From an uncultured Treponema sp. (GTDB lineage Bacteria > Spirochaetota > Spirochaetia > Treponematales > Treponemataceae), in the NCBI GenBank assembly GCA_946410085.1, contig CAMJZA010000001.1, positions 26,797 through 90,796 on the forward strand: DNA of 64,000 nt, in the 5' to 3' direction. This document shows positions 51,814 to 59,954 of the stretch, piece after piece (positions within the stretch are counted from its first letter, which is position 1; the number at the start of each line of letters is the position of its first letter). Below the pieces are notes generated by a model that was not told the DNA's origin, did no database searches, and was given only the letters and a program-made list of their open reading frames with translations. The position numbers and the translations under genes are program-made.

Positions 51814-51842
51814 ATTATAGTGCGTCTTTCATCGGTATACAA
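51814..51842 (-). promoter_or_regulatory. Promoter of the 50509-51792 membrane protein gene
   Basis: Minus strand: TTGTAT, 17 nt, TATAAT. AAAGGA Shine-Dalgarno before ATG 51792. Confidence 0.55.
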
Positions 51843-51890
51843 GGGGACCGGCGGCCACGCTGCTGGCAGGAACTGAACTCTGCTGCGAGT

Positions 51891-51937
51891 CGGCGACCCC
51901 GCTGCGAGCCGGGACTGAGTTCCGCTGCGGGCAGGAA
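51891..51937. repeat. Direct repeat DR-B, right copy
   Basis: CGGCGACCCCGCTGCGAGCCGGGACTGAGTTCCGCTGCGGGCAGGAA. The single difference (G to T) is synonymous in the sanA reading frame (GDPAASRD-stop). Confidence 0.9.
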
Positions 51938-52056
51938 CGGATCCCTGCGGCCTGCCCTGCGCTGTAACCTCAGCCGCTTGCCTGGTACAGCTCTTTTCCT
52001 GCCTGCCCGTGAACATCCCCGCTTTTCCGCAGGTGAACTTAAATTTTTAACATCTC

Positions 52057-52085
52057 TTGTTAAATTAGCTAAAATCTGTTAAAAT
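52057..52085 (+). promoter_or_regulatory. Promoter abutting the LacI-family start codon (leaderless)
   Basis: TTGTTA, 17 nt, TAAAAT, then 7 nt to ATG 52093. Confidence 0.55.
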
Positions 52086-52092
52086 ATCCGGT

Positions 52093-53127
52093 ATGGACAA
52101 GGAACATGAAGGCAGACGCAAGGTCCGCCTGGCGGACATAGCGGAGCAGCTTGGGGTGAGCATCGTCACCGTTTCCAAGGCGATTGCCGACAAGGACGGG
52201 GTAAGCGAGGAGCTCCGCATCAGGATCAAGGCCGTTGCAGAGCAGATGGGCTATACCCAGAAAAACCGCAGTCCCCTGCCCGGCAGAAAGGATGATTCCA
52301 CGGGGAATATCGGCGTGGTCATTCCGTCCCACTTCTTTGAGCGCAGTACCTCATTTTACTGGAGCATGTACAATGCCCTTTCCCGGGAACTGATTGTGCG
52401 CGGCTACTATGCCATCATGGAACAGCTGAGCAGCAGGGACGAGTTTGACCTTGTGCTTCCCCAGGTCGTGCAGAACCGCAAGGTTGACGGCGTCATCCTG
52501 CTCGGGCAGACCAGCGAGGATTACGCGCATTTCTTTTCCAGACAGTATAAGGACAACATCTTCCTCGATTTTTACGTGGACGACCGGGACAACGATTCCG
52601 TTACGACCGACAACTTTTACGGCGAGTACCAGATGACCCGCTACCTGATAAGCCAGGGACATAAAGATATCCTCTACGTGGGGAATTTCAATGCGACGAC
52701 GAGCATTACCGACCGCTTCATGGGCTTCATGAAGGCGATGCTCGAAAACGGCTACCGGGTCAGTGTGGACGACATCATCAACGACCGGAACCAGAATGGC
52801 TTCTATGAGCAGCTCCGCCTGCCGGAAAAAATGCCCACCGCCTTCGTCTGCAACTGTGACGAAACGGCCCGCCGCCTCATCGGCATCCTGAAGGAGAAGG
52901 GCTACTCCGTTCCCCAGGACATTTCGGTCGTCGGCTTTGACAACTTCCTGTCCGACGGCCAGCAGACGGATCCTGCCCTGACGACGGTCGAAGTGGATCC
53001 CGTCGCAATGGCGCGGACGGCGGTTGATATGCTGCTCAAGAAAATTTCGGGCGAACCGTACACGCACGGACATACGGTCATCGGCGGCAGGCTGCTGCTG
53101 CGTGATTCCGTGCGGAAAATCAATTAG
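52093..53127 (+). CDS. LacI-family transcriptional regulator
   Basis: HTH VRLADIAEQLGVSIVTVSKAI, followed by a periplasmic-binding-protein-like sugar-binding fold. Confidence 0.9.
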   Translation: MDKEHEGRRKVRLADIAEQLGVSIVTVSKAIADKDGVSEELRIRIKAVAEQMGYTQKNRSPLPGRKDDSTGNIGVVIPSHFFERSTSFYWSMYNALSRELIVRGYYAIMEQLSSRDEFDLVLPQVVQNRKVDGVILLGQTSEDYAHFFSRQYKDNIFLDFYVDDRDNDSVTTDNFYGEYQMTRYLISQGHKDILYVGNFNATTSITDRFMGFMKAMLENGYRVSVDDIINDRNQNGFYEQLRLPEKMPTAFVCNCDETARRLIGILKEKGYSVPQDISVVGFDNFLSDGQQTDPALTTVEVDPVAMARTAVDMLLKKISGEPYTHGHTVIGGRLLLRDSVRKIN

Positions 53128-53138
53128 GGAGGCGGCTT

Positions 53139-54533
53139 GTGGACGAGCGGTTATTTGCGGAACTGTGGGATGAGTTGACGGAGGATATCCTTCCCTTCTG
53201 GATGAAACGGGCAAAGGATGCTGAACACGGGGGCTTTTACGGCGCAATCGGCAGTGACGGCAAAGGCGACCCGACGGAGTGGCGGGGCATCGTCATGGTG
53301 AGCCGCTTCCTGTGGACCTACAGTGCGGCTGCCCGCTTCCTGAACGGGTCGTCCGCTCAGGACACTGCTTCTGCCCGTGATGCTGCTTCCCGGCGCACTG
53401 CCGGTCCCGCAGCTGCATCCGCTGCCGGAACTTCGTCCGGCTCCGAAGCTGCGGCCAAAGTTTCATCCGCTCCCGGATCCGCATCCTGCATGGAGATGGC
53501 AGCGTATGCGTATGCGTATATGATGCAGTGCTTTGCAGACAGCCGGGACGGCGGCATGTTCTGGTCCGTTACGGCAGACGGCAGTCCCCTCGTTACCCGC
53601 AAGCAGGTGTACGGAAACGCCTTTGCCCTCTATGCCCTGTCCGAATATGCCGCCGCACTCAGGGACGTATCCGGGGCGGAAGGTGACGCCCGGAGCGTCA
53701 TGGACGAAGCCCTGCGCCTCTTCTGTATTCTTGAAGAGAAGGCCCGGGACCGGAACTACGGCGGCTATTGGGAGGCACTCGCCCGGGACTGGCAGCCGAC
53801 GCAGGAGACCAGGCTGAGCGACAAGGACATAGACTGCGACAAGTCCATGAATACCAACCTGCACGTGATGGAAGCCTATATGAACCTCTACCGCACCCTG
53901 CCGCTGGTATGCCCGGAAAAGCAGGCAGAGCGCAGGGCGGTCGGGACGGCACTGGAAGCCCTTGTCCGCGTGCATGCCGACAAGATACTCGACCGGCGCG
54001 ACTGGCACTTGGACCTCTACTTCAATGCGGACTGGTCCCGGGCGGGGGAGGACGAGATTTCCTACGGGCATGACATTGAGGCGAGCTGGCTGCTCTGGGA
54101 AGCGGCGGAAGTGCTGGGCGATGAGGCACTCAAGGACTCTGTGCGGCCTGTTGCCGTCGCGGTTGCTGAAACCGCCCTGCGCGAGGGCTGGGACGAAAGC
54201 ACGGGCGGCTTTGAGGATACGATGAGCCCTGCGGGAGAGCGGCGGACCGTCCGCATCTGGTGGAATCAGGCGGAAGCCCTGAACGGCTTTTACAATGCCT
54301 GGGAGATGACGGGCGAAGCAAAATACGCTGCCGCTGTTGAAAAGACATGGGCGTGGATACGGGATTTCCAGCGGGACCGGGTGCACGGCGAATGGTTCTG
54401 GGCGGTTTCAAAAGAAGGAAAGCCCGCCCTGCAGGAGCTGAAGGGGGGCAACTGGAAGACCTCCTACCATAACGCCCGCTGCTGCATGGAACTGCTGCGG
54501 CGCCACGGCCAGCAAGGCCGGATTCGCCGGTAG
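53139..54533 (+). CDS. N-acylglucosamine 2-epimerase (AGE) superfamily enzyme (cellobiose/mannobiose 2-epimerase or related isomerase)
   Basis: ILPFW...HGGFY, VYGNAFALYALSEY, NTNLHVMEAY, YGHDIEASWLL, WWNQAEALNGF and WKTSYHNARCCMEL are alpha6/alpha6-barrel AGE motifs. GTG start. Confidence 0.8.
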   Translation: MDERLFAELWDELTEDILPFWMKRAKDAEHGGFYGAIGSDGKGDPTEWRGIVMVSRFLWTYSAAARFLNGSSAQDTASARDAASRRTAGPAAASAAGTSSGSEAAAKVSSAPGSASCMEMAAYAYAYMMQCFADSRDGGMFWSVTADGSPLVTRKQVYGNAFALYALSEYAAALRDVSGAEGDARSVMDEALRLFCILEEKARDRNYGGYWEALARDWQPTQETRLSDKDIDCDKSMNTNLHVMEAYMNLYRTLPLVCPEKQAERRAVGTALEALVRVHADKILDRRDWHLDLYFNADWSRAGEDEISYGHDIEASWLLWEAAEVLGDEALKDSVRPVAVAVAETALREGWDESTGGFEDTMSPAGERRTVRIWWNQAEALNGFYNAWEMTGEAKYAAAVEKTWAWIRDFQRDRVHGEWFWAVSKEGKPALQELKGGNWKTSYHNARCCMELLRRHGQQGRIRR

Positions 54534-54560
54534 GGGACTGCCCCGTGAACCGGCCGTCCG

Positions 54561-55193
54561 CTATGCGGGAATGCCCCCGCGTGAGAACAGCCACACGACG
54601 GTTCCGCTCTTGATGAGTATGTACAGGCCGAGTGCGACGAAGAGGACGGGGATGATGACGCCCCTGGATTCTTCGGTATAGCTGCGGATGGAAGCTGCGT
54701 TCATCACCGAAATGGCGATGACGCACCAGAGTGCCTGCATGATGCAGAATACGATGCAGGAGATGATGAAGTCAGGCTGCTTCAGGCTTGAAAAGAAGGA
54801 AAGGCAGACCGCAATGCTGTCGCCCCCGTTGGCGAGGGTGATGATGACTGTTTCCAGCAGGAGGGCGCAGAATGCGAGCGGGCAGCGGATGCGCTGTCCG
54901 CCGTCTGCCCGGTCCTTTTTCCCCGTATATTCCCTGACCGCATATCTGATTCCTATCGTGATGGGGATGATTCCGAGCAGGCCGAGCAGCTGCTCCACGG
55001 GGAAGCGGCTGATGATACCGGCAAAGAGCTTGCCTGCCGCAATGAGAAAAACAAGTCCCAGATATTTTCCGAGAATGACGGCGACCTGTTCCCGGAGCCT
55101 GTTCACCTTGCTGAACAGGACGAACATGACCAGCAGGTCATCCATTTCCGTCGTGACAAAGGCGATGACCGAGGCGGTGATGACCAGTCCCAT
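54561..55193 (-). CDS. CadD-family cadmium/metal resistance transporter
   Basis: The pattern TEMDDLLVMFVLF...LGLLGIIPITIGIRY parallels staphylococcal CadD. 210 aa with about 5-6 TM helices. Confidence 0.7.
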   Translation of the reverse strand: MGLVITASVIAFVTTEMDDLLVMFVLFSKVNRLREQVAVILGKYLGLVFLIAAGKLFAGIISRFPVEQLLGLLGIIPITIGIRYAVREYTGKKDRADGGQRIRCPLAFCALLLETVIITLANGGDSIAVCLSFFSSLKQPDFIISCIVFCIMQALWCVIAISVMNAASIRSYTEESRGVIIPVLFVALGLYILIKSGTVVWLFSRGGIPA

Positions 55194-55205
55194 AGGCGCC
55201 GGAGC

Positions 55206-56021
55206 CTATTTTTCCACGGGACGGTAGAAGAACTTGGGCCTGCCGCGTCCGCTCGTTTCCTTGCGCATCTCAAAGTCGTCGTCCAGGTCTTCAATCAGTT
55301 CGGTCAGCTTCCGTGCACCGTAGTCCAGCGTGTCAAAGCCGGGATCCTGGCGCTTAAAGAAAGAGCCTGCCGCGCTGACGTCCGCCCAGCCGGAGTCGTC
55401 TGCATACTTGTCGTAGGCCGTGTTGAGCAGCTTGTAAATCTTGCGGAACTGCTTGTCGCTCATCGTTTCCACCGTACTGCGCATGAAAATGCCCTTGCGC
55501 CGGTGTTTTGCAGGCTTTTTCTTGAGCTTCTCTTCGGCGAGCTTGGCGGCTTCTTCGACGGCGGCTTCCTCTTCCTCATTGGAAAGGTTTTCGATGTAGA
55601 TGAAGTCATCGCAGGCAGAGACAAAGGACTGCGGCGTCTTTTTCTGTCCCACGCCGAAGACATAGATCTGGCTTTCGCGCAGGCGGGTCGCCAGCTTGGT
55701 AAAGTCCGAGTCGCTTGAAACGAGGGCAATCGAATCGTATTTTTCCGTGTACAGCAGGTCCATCGCATCGATGATCATTGCCGAATCACTGGAATTCTTG
55801 CCCTGCGTATAGGCGAACTGCTGGACGGGGATGATTGCGTTGTCGTTCAGTTCATACTTCCAGTTCTTGAGCGTGTCGAGCGAGAAGTCCCCGTAGGCCC
55901 GCTTGGTGATGATGTGCCCGTGGACTGCAATTTCCTGCAGGATTGCGCGGAGCTTCTTTGGCGGCGTGTTGTCCGCATCTATCAGAACACCGATGTTTTT
56001 CTGTTCGTTTTCGTCTATCAT
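55206..56021 (-). CDS. NYN-domain (LabA/DUF88) protein with a C-terminal OST-HTH/LOTUS domain
   Basis: IGVLIDADN...SDSAMIIDAMDLLY..IALVSSDSDF..IYVFGV is the NYN catalytic pattern. The C-terminal ~70 aa has a LOTUS-like helix pattern. Confidence 0.8.
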   Translation of the reverse strand: MIDENEQKNIGVLIDADNTPPKKLRAILQEIAVHGHIITKRAYGDFSLDTLKNWKYELNDNAIIPVQQFAYTQGKNSSDSAMIIDAMDLLYTEKYDSIALVSSDSDFTKLATRLRESQIYVFGVGQKKTPQSFVSACDDFIYIENLSNEEEEAAVEEAAKLAEEKLKKKPAKHRRKGIFMRSTVETMSDKQFRKIYKLLNTAYDKYADDSGWADVSAAGSFFKRQDPGFDTLDYGARKLTELIEDLDDDFEMRKETSGRGRPKFFYRPVEK

Positions 56022-56062
56022 ATAAAATCCTTTTGATCTGGCGGTCTGTGTGCCGGAGCCTG

Positions 56063-57022
56063 TCAGAGACCGGCCCGTCCCACAATCGCATTGAAAATCC
56101 GGTCCAGGTCGGACTGGGAGAAATAGTCAATGATCAGCTGCCCCTTGTCCCAGGACCCCTTCATCTGTACCTTGGTGCCGAGGGCTTCGATGAACTTCTG
56201 CTCCATGTCGGCGTAGTTGGGATCCCGCGGCCTTGCACTTTTGGTGCTTTTCGCGGCGGAAGTCCCGTCCTGCTGGCTGTTCAGTTCGGCAGCCATCTTT
56301 TCCGCCTGCCGTACGGAAAGCCCCTGCGAGCAGATCCGCTTAAAGAGAATCTGCCGGGACACGGGATTGGTGACGCTCAGCAGGGCACGGGCGTGTCCGG
56401 ACGTCAGCTCCCCGGAAGCGAGGGGCCTGCGCATTTCTTCGGGCAGCTTGAGCAGGCGCAGGGTATTGGCGACGGCGGACCGGCTCTTGCCGACCTTTTC
56501 GGCGACTTCTTCCTGCGTAATGCCTTCCAGCTGCATCAGCTGCATGTATGCCTCGGCTTCTTCCACGGGGTTCAGGTCCGTCCGCTGGATGTTTTCCACG
56601 AGGGCGACTTCGAGCTTGCGGGTGTCGGAATACTTGCGCAGCTGGACGGGAACCTTTTCAAGCCCTGCCGCAATCGCTGCCCGCGTCCGCCGTTCGCCTG
56701 CGATGATGTAGAAGCTTCCGTTCTCGGCATCCTCAATGATGATGGGAGACAGCACGCCTTCCCGCCTGACCGATTCGGTCAGTTCGGCAAGCTTGTCTTC
56801 GTCAAAGAACTGGCGGGGCTGATGGGGGTTCGGCTTGAGCAGGGCGGGATTGACCCAGAGGGTTCCCTCGCTGTCTGCCGTAATGCCTGCGGGCAGCTGC
56901 CGCGTTACCGCCGCTGCCGTGCCGTCGGGCCTGTTCTGGGGAGACTCGAAATCAAATCCGGCAATATTGCTGCCTTCCAGCAGGGCGTCCAGTCCCTTGC
57001 CCAATCCCTGATGCCTAGCCAC
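56063..57022 (-). CDS. parB: Chromosome partitioning protein ParB/Spo0J
   Basis: GLGKGLDALL N-terminus, ParB box IIAGERRTRAA, HTH region QEEVAEKVGKSRSAVANTLRLL. Confidence 0.95.
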   Translation of the reverse strand: MARHQGLGKGLDALLEGSNIAGFDFESPQNRPDGTAAAVTRQLPAGITADSEGTLWVNPALLKPNPHQPRQFFDEDKLAELTESVRREGVLSPIIIEDAENGSFYIIAGERRTRAAIAAGLEKVPVQLRKYSDTRKLEVALVENIQRTDLNPVEEAEAYMQLMQLEGITQEEVAEKVGKSRSAVANTLRLLKLPEEMRRPLASGELTSGHARALLSVTNPVSRQILFKRICSQGLSVRQAEKMAAELNSQQDGTSAAKSTKSARPRDPNYADMEQKFIEALGTKVQMKGSWDKGQLIIDYFSQSDLDRIFNAIVGRAGL

Positions 57023-57788
57023 GGGCCATTACCTCATCTGCGAGTTTCTTGTAGCTCTTTGCTCCCGTACAGCGGGGATCGTACTGGCAGATTGGTTCCC
57101 CGTGGGACGGAGCTTCGGACAGGCGGACGTTGCGGGGGATAATCGTGCTGAACACATAGTCCTTGAAGTAACCCTTGACCTGGGTTACGACATCCTGTGC
57201 AAGCCGCGTCCGGCTGTCGTACATCGTAAAGAAGACGCCGCCCAGTCTGAGGGCGGGGTTTATGCCGCCCTGTACCAGCTTGACCGTCGTCATGAGCTGG
57301 GTAATTCCTTCCATTGCAAAGAACTCGCACTGCATGGGAACGAGTACGCAGTCGGCGGCAGCAAGGCCGTTCAGGGTCAGGATGCCGAGGGAGGGCGGGC
57401 AGTCGATCAGTATGTAATCGTAGGAATTTTTCAGGGGGGCCAGGGCCTCCTTCAGGAAGAAGTTCCGCTTTTTGTAGACTTCCTTGTCCTGGGGGTTGCT
57501 CAGCTCTATCGTTGCACCGGCAAGGTCGACCGATGCACTTATGATGTCAAGGCTGGGAATGGAAGAGTGCTTCACGGTGTCGGCGGCGCTTGCGTTTCCG
57601 TAGATGAACTCGTAGACCGTCGGCTTGTTCCTGCTGACGCCGACGCCGCTGGACATATTGCCCTGGCTGTCAAAGTCTACCAGCAGGACTTTTTTTCCCG
57701 CGAGCGCAATGTAGGCACCGATATTGATGCAGGAGGTTGTTTTTCCGACGCCCCCTTTCTGGTTTGCGAACACAATGACCTTTCCCAT
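57015..57788 (-). CDS. parA: Chromosome partitioning ATPase ParA/Soj
   Basis: Deviant Walker A NQKGGVGKTT. Overlaps parB by 8 nt. Confidence 0.95.
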   Translation of the reverse strand: MGKVIVFANQKGGVGKTTSCINIGAYIALAGKKVLLVDFDSQGNMSSGVGVSRNKPTVYEFIYGNASAADTVKHSSIPSLDIISASVDLAGATIELSNPQDKEVYKKRNFFLKEALAPLKNSYDYILIDCPPSLGILTLNGLAAADCVLVPMQCEFFAMEGITQLMTTVKLVQGGINPALRLGGVFFTMYDSRTRLAQDVVTQVKGYFKDYVFSTIIPRNVRLSEAPSHGEPICQYDPRCTGAKSYKKLADEVMARG

Positions 57789-57796
57789 AGCCTTGC

Positions 57797-57805
57797 ATTA
57801 TATCA
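57797..57805 (-). promoter_or_regulatory. Extended -10 element 8 nt upstream of the parA ATG (near-leaderless)
   Basis: Minus strand TGATATAAT, then GCAAGGCT, then ATG 57788. No good -35. Confidence 0.4.
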
Positions 57806-58122
57806 TTTTTGCCCCAAAGAGTATAGGGGCGGACCCGGCTGACGGCGGGGCCACACGGTGAGTCCCCTCTTGGCGGTACCAGAAAGCCCGTTTGCCACGA
57901 CCGTCCCAGCCTCTCAAAGCAAAAGGTGGAGGTTTCGGATTTTCCATGCAGCCACAGGAATAAATCAATTCTTAAAAACAGATTGACCTTAATCATATCA
58001 ATGGAATGCGTAAAGAGGAGGAAACTCCCGGACGACCTTCCTGCAGAGGGATTCCATTTAAGATTTTGTCCTAAAAGCCCGTGCAGTCTTGCTTTACTCA
58101 AGCGTTTTGCCGCATGAAACTC

Positions 58123-58205
58123 AAAGGTTTGGTCACGTGAAGCTTAAACGTTTGGTCGTGTGAAGCTTAAACGTTTGGTCGTGTGAAGCTTAAACGTTTG
58201 GTCAT
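58123..58205. repeat. About 3.5 tandem copies of a 23-bp unit upstream of parA
   Basis: AAA(G/C)GTTTGGTC(A/G)(C/T)GTGAAGCTT at 58123, 58146 and 58169, with a partial copy at 58192. The first unit carries the palindrome TCACGTGA. Confidence 0.95.
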
Positions 58206-58307
58206 TGAATCAATGAGAGTTGTAGCCATAAGATTTAAATTCTAGCCAGGATTAGGCTCCCGAAACGGTAATCAGATAGTGACAAGACATCCGACCCATG
58301 ATACAGA

Positions 58308-58490
58308 GTGACAAGCATTCACGCATATTATGACGGGCAGAATTATGTGACTCAAGGAGCTGTCGACGTAAAACCGAACCAGAAGGTCATCATCACTCTT
58401 TTTGATGACTTTATGCCGCCCCGTAGCAAACGGTCGCTTTCAGAGATAAAGCCAACTCAAAGTCCATTCCTGACGGAATATCGGCGGTAG
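58308..58490 (+). CDS. Small ORF resembling a DUF104/AF2212-type antitoxin N-domain (orphan, possibly a remnant)
   Basis: SIHAYYDGQNYVTQGAVDVKPNQKVIITLFDD follows the pattern (I/V)xAxY(E/D)(N/G)G...V.I(T)(I/L). GTG start, no obvious Shine-Dalgarno, no toxin partner. Confidence 0.3.
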   Translation: MTSIHAYYDGQNYVTQGAVDVKPNQKVIITLFDDFMPPRSKRSLSEIKPTQSPFLTEYRR

Positions 58491-58573
58491 ACTATATTTG
58501 TCAGCTAAGGGAGGAATGATGCTTAGTTGCAGCAAGTATTGGGGCAGTGCCCCCCTGCCCCGCTTACCCGCCG

Positions 58574-59932
58574 TCACAAACACATCGTCATATATATCGG
58601 GATGAAACTGACATCCGCCTTCTCATCTCTGAACAAGTCTTTTGTATAGATTATAAAACGTTCGTGTTTCTTTTGTTTGTATTTCTTTACGAAGCAGTCG
58701 ATGGATTCGTGCTGCCTGTAGCTGGAGGATTTTACTTCTATCGGAACAATTCTTTTGTCTTTCACAATCAGGAAATCGATTTCATACTTTTGTTCCGTGG
58801 AACTATTCTCCTTCTGATAAAAAAATTCGTGAAAATATAAATCGTATCCCCTTGTGCGGAGCATCTGTGCGACCATATTCTCCATCACCATCCCGAGGTT
58901 TGTTCCCAACTTGTTGAAAATAAGCTTCCTGTAAATATCTCCGTCGGTCTCTTCCGAGCTCTTCATAATCTGCGTAACAAGAAGCCCTGTGTCGCCCATG
59001 AAAAGCTTAAAATTGGAGGAATCGGCGAACAGCTCGAGCGAGAGTTCAGGGATCGTGACATTCTTGCAGCAGTTTGCCATCATTGAGTCGCTGAGGAATT
59101 TTATGGACCGGATGTAATTCTTGTAGCGTGCGTTTTTGTCAACAATCGAAAACTTGAAGAGGGAATTATGATTTGAGAGCTGCTCTGCCAGCGTCGCAAA
59201 GACTGCGGATGTTTTTTCGGTGTTCTCATCATCGTATTTTTCCAAATCCTCTTCGTACAGGGTAAGAATCGAGCGTTTCACGGCATCTATAGTTGAGTAA
59301 GACTGTTTCTCAACAAAAGCTGCCACAGCTTGCGGCATTCCACCAACGGCAAGATAGGTCCTGAAGCTCTGCATTATCTTCCGGTGGATGGTATCCCCGA
59401 GCGGAAGCCGCTTTTCAAAATGCTCTCTGATTATCTTCGCGGTAATCGTATCTCCTGTCGCCCACAGGAATTCCTCAAAATCCATCGGGTACATCCTGCA
59501 TCTGTGTTCCTCAGAGGGAATCAGAATCTGTGCGCTCTTCTTCTTTATGGTGATGAGGGAACCGGTCTCTATGTAATCGAAGCGACCGTCCTGCACCAGA
59601 TACTTTATTGCCTGCCGGGCCTGCGGAAAGAGCTGTATATCATCGAGTATTATGACGCTTTCGCGTGGAGCGAGTTCTTTCTGCTTCAGGACGAACAGAT
59701 TGTTAAAAAAACTGTCCATATCGGAAAGACCGTCCGCGAACAGTCTTTTGACATCGGGACTTTCCCGCGCGAAGTCCAGAAGGATATAATCCCTGTACTC
59801 GTTCTTCGCAAAAGTCTCCGCTATGGTCGATTTGCCGATGCGTCTGGCTCCTTCGATGAGAATCGCATTTTTCCCGTCGAATGTGTGCTTCCAGTCCAAG
59901 AGCACGTCGTAAAACTTCCGCCTGAAGTCCAT
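58574..59932 (-). CDS. AAA-family ATPase with a DUF4143 C-terminal domain
   Basis: Walker A GARRIGKST, Walker B-like VIILDDIQ. C-terminal YEIDFLIVKDKRIVPIEVKSS is a restriction-endonuclease-like motif typical of DUF4143 proteins. Low G+C. I start at MDFRRKF (ATG 59932). Confidence 0.8.
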   Translation of the reverse strand: MDFRRKFYDVLLDWKHTFDGKNAILIEGARRIGKSTIAETFAKNEYRDYILLDFARESPDVKRLFADGLSDMDSFFNNLFVLKQKELAPRESVIILDDIQLFPQARQAIKYLVQDGRFDYIETGSLITIKKKSAQILIPSEEHRCRMYPMDFEEFLWATGDTITAKIIREHFEKRLPLGDTIHRKIMQSFRTYLAVGGMPQAVAAFVEKQSYSTIDAVKRSILTLYEEDLEKYDDENTEKTSAVFATLAEQLSNHNSLFKFSIVDKNARYKNYIRSIKFLSDSMMANCCKNVTIPELSLELFADSSNFKLFMGDTGLLVTQIMKSSEETDGDIYRKLIFNKLGTNLGMVMENMVAQMLRTRGYDLYFHEFFYQKENSSTEQKYEIDFLIVKDKRIVPIEVKSSSYRQHESIDCFVKKYKQKKHERFIIYTKDLFRDEKADVSFIPIYMTMCL

Positions 59933-59954
59933 ATCTCGGATTATACAGTTTCTT

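Larger units (their letters stand above)
49140..51890. mobile_element. DR-B-bounded 2.75-kb cassette (GT2-GtrA fusion plus a convergent polytopic membrane protein)
   Basis: Bounded by the 47-bp repeats. The second gene has its own consensus promoter. G+C is lower, especially in 50509-51792. No recombinase gene. Confidence 0.4.

Noticed and set aside
57826-57925. GGGGCGGACCCGGCTGACGGCGGGG... looked like a tmRNA 5' end (GGGG...UCGACGGGG). The whole 57.8-58.3 kb gap looked like it might hold a structured RNA gene.
   Set aside because: The next 400 nt contain no tag reading frame ending in a hydrophobic (L/V)AA-stop and no T-arm/CCA-proximal GGTTCGA-type 3' end. I also saw no SRP RNA motif GGAAGCAGCC on either strand. 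An Infernal scan would settle it.
58010-58040. GAGGAGGAAACTCCCGGAC resembles the RNase P RNA motif GAGGAAAGTCCGGGC.
   Set aside because: The match is inexact at the universally conserved positions. The surrounding 350 nt are A/T-rich and lack the other conserved RNase P helices.
58123-58145. A canonical parS site.
   Set aside because: Only the central TCACGTGA matches; 11 of 16 positions match TGTTTCACGTGAAACA. I kept it as a low-confidence hypothesis in the findings but do not annotate it as parS.
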